Shown piece after piece: positions 8,980 through 14,219 of a stretch of DNA of 19,039 bases. The stretch spans positions 662,508 through 681,546 of the forward strand of contig JAHQJS010000004.1 in assembly GCA_019057385.1 (NCBI GenBank). Direction: 5' to 3'. The notes beneath the pieces are model-generated. The model searched no databases. It was not told the origin of the DNA and worked only from the letters and a program-made list of their open reading frames with translations. The position numbers and the translations under genes were made by a program. The stretch comes from Candidatus Borrarchaeum weybense. GTDB lineage: Archaea > Asgardarchaeota > Sifarchaeia > Borrarchaeales > Borrarchaeaceae. The first letter of the stretch is position 1. The number at the start of each line of letters is the position of its first letter.

Positions 8980-9849
8980 ATGATTATGGTATTGAAGGGG
9001 CACACTGAGACTGTTTACGACATTGCTATCAAAAATGATGGTCTTATTGCATCAGCGTCTGGTGACAAGACGGTTAGACTCTGGGATTTAAAATCAGGTA
9101 AACAATTAAAGGTACTTAAAGGCGCACATTCAAAACCAGTGTATGGAGTGGCGTTTCACCCCTTTGATGATAATCTACTTGCAACGTGTTCGATGGATAA
9201 CGAGATCGCATTATGGGATATAGCTACAGAAACAAAATTAAAAACATTGAAGGGGCATACGAAATCGATTCGATCGATTAGTTTTTCTCTTGATGGAAAT
9301 GTATTGATATCAGGATCAAATGATAAAACTATAGGATTATGGGATATATATTCTGGCAATCTTCTAAGAACACTAAAAGGGCATCTCGATCAAGTGTGGA
9401 GTGTTGCGATTGGCTATGATATTACCCTTGCCTCCGCTTCTAAAGATAAAACAGCACGTTTGTGGAATCTAGAAACAGGAGAACTTCTGCAGGTTTTTTC
9501 ACATGCCAATTACGTTTCAGATGTAGCGTTCTCGCCACAAATTGACCTTTTAGCATCCGCATGTTTCGATAATAACATCTATTTCTGGCAAAGTGGCTCA
9601 AAATCTCCTGTCAGGCTTATAAAAGCCCATGAACAACCTGTGTTAGGCATAGCTTTTAGCCATAATGGTAAATTTGTTGCATCGAGTTCTGCAGATAATT
9701 CCATAGGTCTATGGGATGTTCGTACTGGTGAATCTATTTTACGATTAACTGGGCATTCCGAGCCAGTTAGAAAGATTTTATTCAATTTAGATGATTCATT
9801 TTTGATTTCTTGTTCAGAAGACAAAACAATTGGTATCTTTGAAATTTAG
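8980..9849 (+). CDS. seven-bladed WD40 beta-propeller protein (propeller only)
   Basis: Seven consecutive GH...WD-type repeats, for example GHTETVYDIAIKNDGLIASASGDKTVRLWDL. The start is ambiguous among TTG 8968, GTG 8971, ATG 8980 and ATG 8986. ATG 8980 has GGTGA 6 nt upstream. Confidence 0.85.
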   Translation: MIMVLKGHTETVYDIAIKNDGLIASASGDKTVRLWDLKSGKQLKVLKGAHSKPVYGVAFHPFDDNLLATCSMDNEIALWDIATETKLKTLKGHTKSIRSISFSLDGNVLISGSNDKTIGLWDIYSGNLLRTLKGHLDQVWSVAIGYDITLASASKDKTARLWNLETGELLQVFSHANYVSDVAFSPQIDLLASACFDNNIYFWQSGSKSPVRLIKAHEQPVLGIAFSHNGKFVASSSADNSIGLWDVRTGESILRLTGHSEPVRKILFNLDDSFLISCSEDKTIGIFEI

Positions 9850-9883
9850 ACTTTTCTTCTTTGAAAATGGAGGCAGAGTATAA

Positions 9884-9935
9884 TTTTTTTGAATTCCCAT
9901 AGAAAGAGGCAGGGTATTTACCCGCTTTTCTATGG
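9884..9935 (+). terminator. oligo-T tract (T7, 9884-9890) followed by a nested hairpin (ccatagaaa 9897-9905 / tttctatgg 9927-9935, inner GGGU/ACCC)
   Basis: Read directly, located 35 nt after the WD40 stop codon. Archaeal termination commonly uses oligo-T tracts. Function is not demonstrated. Confidence 0.3.
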
Positions 9936-9980
9936 TTCAATAGGAAACTTAGAGGAAATAAAAAATGCCTGATTAGGATA

Positions 9981-10157
9981 TTAGAACTTATGTAATACTG
10001 GAACTGGCCCTGTGATTATAATCTTTGAACGACTGATAGTCTTATCACATTCTTCACAGAAGTATTCCTCATATATTTCTCGTCCATTGTCACCATGTAG
10101 TATTATGAAACGAGATGCACACTCTACCCCGCATTTAGGACACATTGTTCCATTCAA
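9981..10157 (-). CDS. small zinc-ribbon protein (58 aa), below the ORF-track length cut-off
   Basis: Hand translation of the minus strand gives (TTG)M-NGTMCPKCGVECASRFIILHGDNGREIYEEYFCEECDKTISRSKIIITGPVPVLHKF, ending at TAA. It has CPxC and CxxC pairs 24 residues apart. GAGGTGG (10170-10164) lies 6 nt upstream of the TTG at 10157. An alternative start is the ATG at 10145. Confidence 0.5.
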   Translation of the reverse strand: MNGTMCPKCGVECASRFIILHGDNGREIYEEYFCEECDKTISRSKIIITGPVPVLHKF

Positions 10158-10667
10158 TAGTTACCACCTCTTCAATAGTTAACATAGACTTTGTAGATTG
10201 TTATATCGAGTTACCGTAATTTACGATATCCTTTTTTTTGGCTATTTGGGCAAAAAATCGATTCAATAGGAGATTTTTTCTTTTATTCCATAGGAAAATG
10301 GGTTTAATTAAGGGTTCATTTTAAAAAATGACCCCCGTCTGGAGGAAAATTCGCCTCTTGACGAAAACCCCTTCTAATTCCAACATTCAATTTTTTGACA
10401 TTTCTTGTTTACTACTTTCATTTATCACCTCTTTATTGAATGTTCAATATTTTTCACAAATATTGTTCATTTGTCTTATTAATTACCTCTAGATCGTTCA
10501 TTTAATAGATCAAATTGAATACCAACATTAAATCGTTCATTTATAAATCTTTCGCTATAGAAGATGATCGAATTATATCAAAAAAGATATTTTTTTACAT
10601 TTCTATTTCAAAAAGAGTTGTATATTTCACTTACGTGTTACAAATAGGCTAAAAAGTTCTAGTAGGC

Positions 10668-10741
10668 GATTTGGTGAACTTTGGCTAAGTTATCAAGAAC
10701 AAGAAATCATCTTTTTTTTCTTTCTTATTCCCTACCAAATC
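10668..10741 (-). promoter_or_regulatory. candidate SECIS-type 3'-UTR RNA element, copy 1
   Basis: Minus-strand RNA folds as follows:
- outer stem GAUUUGGU/ACCAAAUC (8 bp)
- 12-bp helix GGGAAUAAGAAA/UUUCUUGUUCUU, closing a 14-nt A-rich loop GAAAAAAAAGAUGA
- small hairpin AACUU-AGCCA-AAGUU
The block is ~93% identical to the block after the paralogous gene. It starts inside the stop codon and is followed by a T5 tract (plus-strand aaaaa 10651-10655). Confidence 0.55.
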
Positions 10742-11216
10742 ACTTATTTAACTTTTCAAGCACTTCGAATAATGCTTTATTCTTCGGAATGTCGCTCATA
10801 GAATCACTGTAATAAGCATATTGAATGATTCCCTCTTTGTCGACTATAAGTAGCGCCGGCATGCGTCCTAATTTTCGAATTTTGAATTCCTGATGCAGTT
10901 TTTTGGCAACTTCCTTATTGTTATCGTAATATATCGGAAATTTTTCTTTCGCGTACTTTTGTTCCATCTTAATAGCATTTTCAAGCGTGTCTACCAAAAT
11001 TGGATAAATAATCGTGTCTAATTGCTCAAATTGCTCTTTATCTTTAGCAAAACTGCGAACTTGTGCTCTGCAATATGGTCAGTTGATGCTTCTAAGTAAA
11101 GCAACGATAACATTATTCTTTTCGATGAAGTCTTTGATGTTTACGTTTTCTTCCCTTGAATTAGGCAGAGAAAATTCTTCAATTTCCTTCCCTACCATTT
11201 CAAATTTATCCTTCAT
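10740..11216 (-). CDS. thioredoxin-fold Prx-like (AhpC/TSA-redoxin, PRX-like2-type) selenoprotein with a U-P-Y-C redox motif (158 aa, Sec at codon 46)
   Basis: The ATG at 11216 opens a frame running to the TGA at 10742-10740, with a single in-frame TGA at 11081-11079. Hand translation: ...NNVIVALLRSIN-U-PYC-RAQVRSFAKDKEQF...MPALLIVDKEGIIQYAYY.... The ORF track shows only the last 85 aa (10740..10997). Confidence 0.75.
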
Positions 11217-11333
11217 TCGTCTCTCTCTCAAGTTCTCCGTCCTTTGAATTTACTTTGATTCTGTCATTACAGTGTTTTTAATCTTTATTGATGCGGTATA
11301 CGGCCCTTTTGACTTAAAAATAAGAATTCTGGC

Positions 11334-11406
11334 GATTTGGTCAACTTTGGCTAAGTTACGAGAACAAGAAATCATCCTTCTTTTCTTTCTTATTCCCTAC
11401 CAAATC
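11334..11406 (-). promoter_or_regulatory. candidate SECIS-type 3'-UTR RNA element, copy 2
   Basis: Minus-strand RNA reads GAUUUGGU-A-GGGAAUAAGAAA-[GAAAAGAAGGAUGA]-UUUCUUGUUCUC-G-UAACUU-AGCCA-AAGUUG-ACCAAAUC. The architecture matches copy 1. It begins 5 nt after the TAG stop and is followed by a T5 tract (plus-strand aaaaa 11316-11320). Confidence 0.55.
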
Positions 11407-11411
11407 AGTTA

Positions 11412-11891
11412 CTACTGTAGATTTCTAATTGCTTCTAACAATTCCTCAATTTTAGGATTGTCCTTTCCAGAATCACCATAGTAAGCATATTGTATGATTC
11501 CTTCTTTATCTACTATGAGGACGGCTGGCATTCGTCTATATTTGTCATCTACTAATTTAACTTCCTGGCCGAGTATTGTTAGTACTTCTTTCGATTCATC
11601 ATAGTACACAGGAAACTTACCTTTTGCATATTTTTGCTCCATTTCAATGGCATTTTTGAGTACATCCTCCGTAATTGCAATGATGATGGTATTTGACTGA
11701 TCAATCTCATCAAAATGATTAGCTAAGCTCTGGATGTGCTTTCTTCAATGTCCTCAGGCCAGTCCTTTTTTCAATGATATGACTATGTTTTTTCGTCCAA
11801 GAACTTCTTTAATATTTACCGTTTCGCCTCTCGAATTAGGCAGGGAAAACTCCTTGATGTGTTTTCCTATCATATTAAATTTATCTTTCAT
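11412..11891 (-). CDS. thioredoxin-fold Prx-like selenoprotein with a U-G-H-U (double Sec) redox motif (159 aa, Sec at codons 46 and 49)
   Basis: The ATG at 11891 opens a frame running to the TAG at 11414-11412, with in-frame TGAs at 11756-11754 and 11747-11745. Hand translation: ...KNIVISLKKGLA-U-GH-U-RKHIQSLANHFDEIDQ...MPAVLIVDKEGIIQYAYY.... The ORF track shows only the last 76 aa (11412..11642). Confidence 0.75.
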
Positions 11892-11937
11892 AATTCAACC
11901 CGTTCTGGATTTTAATTTTAAAGAAATTGATCAAGTT

Positions 11938-12645
11938 TTATTTATATTCTTCGCCGATCCCTTCTGGAGGATATTTCGCTTTAACGCGTGGAATTGCGAT
12001 AAATTCTCTTATTTCAAGTCCTTCTTCTGGGTCAAAAAATTTCAAACTGGTGGAGGGTTTAATGACAACTGCAGTATCTAGACCCATAGAAGTGCCGGCA
12101 GCAACAACGACTTCCTCTTGGGATTTAATTACATTCGCGTCTGCAGCCATTATTGCAACTTCTACGCACACAATTAACCCACCAGAGATTAACCTCAGCG
12201 CTTCTGTCATCATTTGTTCGAAAGTAACTCCTTTAAATGTTCCAGCGATAGCTGTACCGACTCCATAAAAAGGAATAGTACCCCTAACAACTTTAATCCC
12301 TAACTCTTCAAGCTTATCCTGTATTTCATCAGTCATGTCCATTCTTACCTTCTTTAAGCCTTTTTGTTGCCATTCTCTTAGCTGTGTTTTCAGTTCAGGA
12401 ATATCACTCCAAGGACCATGTAAAGATTCTTTGACCGTCCAATATGCTCCAGGAGGAATGGTAACTGCGATAATTTCCAATTCTTTCCCCATAATCTCAT
12501 GGGCTTTTAAGGCACTATTTCCACGAAGGGTGGCAACAATCACGGTCTTAATGCCGAGTTCATTACTCCTCTCTTTGATTAATTCAAGTGTTCTTAAAGT
12601 GTTACCTGGACCGGGTCTTTCAAAGTATTCTATCCACTTTCGCAT
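11938..12645 (-). CDS. pyruvate kinase C-terminal (alpha/beta) domain-like protein, function unknown
   Basis: 235-aa ORF. The N-terminus YFERPGPGNTLRTLELIKERSNELGIKTVIVAT and the C-terminal block LRLISGGLIVCVEVAIMAADANVI...GLDTAVVIKP...IREFIAIP match my recollection of stand-alone PK_C-like proteins. It lies directly upstream of, and co-oriented with, the Prx-like pair. Confidence 0.6.
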   Translation of the reverse strand: MRKWIEYFERPGPGNTLRTLELIKERSNELGIKTVIVATLRGNSALKAHEIMGKELEIIAVTIPPGAYWTVKESLHGPWSDIPELKTQLREWQQKGLKKVRMDMTDEIQDKLEELGIKVVRGTIPFYGVGTAIAGTFKGVTFEQMMTEALRLISGGLIVCVEVAIMAADANVIKSQEEVVVAAGTSMGLDTAVVIKPSTSLKFFDPEEGLEIREFIAIPRVKAKYPPEGIGEEYK

Positions 12646-12749
12646 TTGTCTCCCCTAATTTCCTATATTGCAGAGAAGGTAAACTAATTATATTCGTTCA
12701 CAAGATCTTACTTTTATAATTAATCGATATTAACTTGGAGGCTAAACTT

Positions 12750-13370
12750 GTGAAAATCGGAATATTGGGCACAGGTAATGTAGGACGTGCTTTGGCGAAA
12801 CCATGGGCAGAAAAAGGTCATGAAATAGTATTTGGTTCTCGTGATCCTAATAAAGCGCTAGAAATTGCGGAATCCATGGGAAAAAACGTATGTAGCTCAA
12901 CATATGAAGAAGCAGCGCAGTGGGCCGAAGTTGTCGTTCTTGCAGTCCCTTATACAGCGGCTCTGGATGTGCTTCGGGATGCAGGTGATTTAACTGGGAA
13001 GATCTTGGTAGATTGTACTAATCCTATTGCTCCAGGTTTGAGTGGTCTTTTGATAGGACTTACCACTTCAGCTGCAGAAGAAATTGCTAAAATGACATCT
13101 GCAAAAGTGGTAAAGGCATTCAATACTATGGGAGTTGGCGTCATGGCAAATGTGCAGTTTGGATCTGAAACAGCTAGTAATTTCATCTGTGGTGATGACG
13201 AGGCAAAATCTGTCGTTAGGAGCCTGGGAGAGGATATAGGCTTTGATGTTATTGATATCGGTCCGCTCTCAAATGCTCGACTGCTCGAACCATTAGCCAT
13301 GCTGTGGATTTACCTAGCGTTTAAGCATGGAATGGGGACGGACATTGCGTTCAAACTGCTTCGACGTTGA
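12750..13370 (+). CDS. NADP-dependent oxidoreductase of the F420_oxidored / NADPH-dependent F420 reductase (NpdG)-like family
   Basis: Rossmann N-terminus VKIGILGTGNVGRALAKPWAEKGHEIVFGSRDP. The GTG at 12750 is preceded by GGAGG (12737-12741) at 8-nt spacing. The track's TTG at 12735 overlaps that SD. Confidence 0.8.
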   Translation: MKIGILGTGNVGRALAKPWAEKGHEIVFGSRDPNKALEIAESMGKNVCSSTYEEAAQWAEVVVLAVPYTAALDVLRDAGDLTGKILVDCTNPIAPGLSGLLIGLTTSAAEEIAKMTSAKVVKAFNTMGVGVMANVQFGSETASNFICGDDEAKSVVRSLGEDIGFDVIDIGPLSNARLLEPLAMLWIYLAFKHGMGTDIAFKLLRR

Positions 13371-13628
13371 ATAAAATCCAAAAGATGAAATCTCTTAATT
13401 AAATCCCATTTTTTTCATTTCCTATTTTTTATCACACATAGATTTTGTGGTATTACGCTTCTTCTTATTTAAGAAACTTTCATTTCTAGTTTTAAACACA
13501 TTACACTCATAATTTAAACTAAACTTAAAGTAAAACAATGGACAGCTACCCCAATAATATCATAACTTATATCTAAAAACACAAGAAAAGTAAAAAGGAT
13601 TAGAAGTTTTTTGTCGGATTGATTTTGA

Positions 13629-14045
13629 ATGAAAGTAGCATCAGTTGTTTTGCAAAGTAATCCAGTAATTTGTAATATTTGCGGAAAGCAATGCAAAAAT
13701 GAAAGAGGATTGAGCATTCATACTGGACACATGCATAATGGAAAAGGGAATGGCCATAATCATCATTTCAACGGTGCCGGTTTGATGAATAATGAAATTC
13801 TGGCAGAACTTTACTCACTTCGCCAAATGATCATCGACCTGTCATATAAAATAGACAATAACGGACACTCAATAAACTATGAACAACACCACGATACTTT
13901 ACCAAAAATACAGAGCTCTCCAAAGGGAGATTCAATTCTTGCTCAACAGCACCTTAAAAATTATCTGGGTTACGGAGGCGATCATTTGACTTTAATGGAC
14001 GAATTAAGATCAGCATTAAAAGAACGGACACTCATATCTGTCTAA
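13629..14045 (+). CDS. small His-rich protein with one classical C2H2 zinc finger
   Basis: 138-aa ORF. ICNICGKQCKNERGLSIHTGHMH fits C-x2-C-x3-X-x5-L-x2-H-x4-H and is followed by NGKGNGHNHHF. The SD is weak and I recognised no family beyond the finger. Confidence 0.5.
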   Translation: MKVASVVLQSNPVICNICGKQCKNERGLSIHTGHMHNGKGNGHNHHFNGAGLMNNEILAELYSLRQMIIDLSYKIDNNGHSINYEQHHDTLPKIQSSPKGDSILAQQHLKNYLGYGGDHLTLMDELRSALKERTLISV

Positions 14046-14219
14046 TAGTACAAAGGTAATTTGACCATCTTTCACAGTCTTGTTTTAAAGAAATGAACTT
14101 AAATTTAAAACCAGAAAGAGAGTATTTTTTCTATATTCAATTAAGAATGAAAATTTGATTATCAACTTAAAGGTAATAATTTTCGCGAGGTTTTGATTTT
14201 TAAGCTCTAAGGAGGACTG

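Larger units (their letters stand above)
10665..11891 (-). repeat. tandem duplication of a [Prx-like CDS + structured 3'-UTR] unit (period ~675 bp)
   Basis: The start codons lie at 11216 and 11891. The proteins are colinear without indels through codon 49 and roughly half identical. The 3'-UTR blocks 10665-10741 and 11331-11406 differ at about 5 positions. Confidence 0.8.

Noticed and set aside
10668-11406. Forcing the 3'-UTR elements into a canonical eukaryotic SECIS (5' AUGA ... helix II ... apical AAR ... 3' GA) or the methanogen GAA/A SECIS
   Set aside because: The AUGA lies on the 3' side of the apical loop. The candidate 3' GA (UUGACC) exists only in copy 2, with UUCACC in copy 1. No 9-12-bp helix II can be drawn after the AUGA. 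I therefore report only the fold that both copies support and leave the classification open.
10740-11891. Interpreting the Prx-like genes as pseudogenes, or as evidence of a UGA-reassigned genetic code
   Set aside because: For the pseudogene reading: the only disruptions are TGAs at the exact CxxC positions, at the same codon in both paralogues. There are no frameshifts or other stops, and the 3' element is strongly conserved. For code reassignment: TGA terminates other genes in the window (endA, and the UxxC gene itself). This still needs confirmation that Sec machinery exists in the genome.
11014-12268. Plus-strand track ORFs 11014..11247, 11272..11481, 11734..12081 and 11927..12268
   Set aside because: They are antisense shadows of the minus-strand Prx-like genes, their 3' UTRs and the PK_C-like gene. 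The sequences are low-complexity and stop-avoiding, with no recognisable motifs and no SD.
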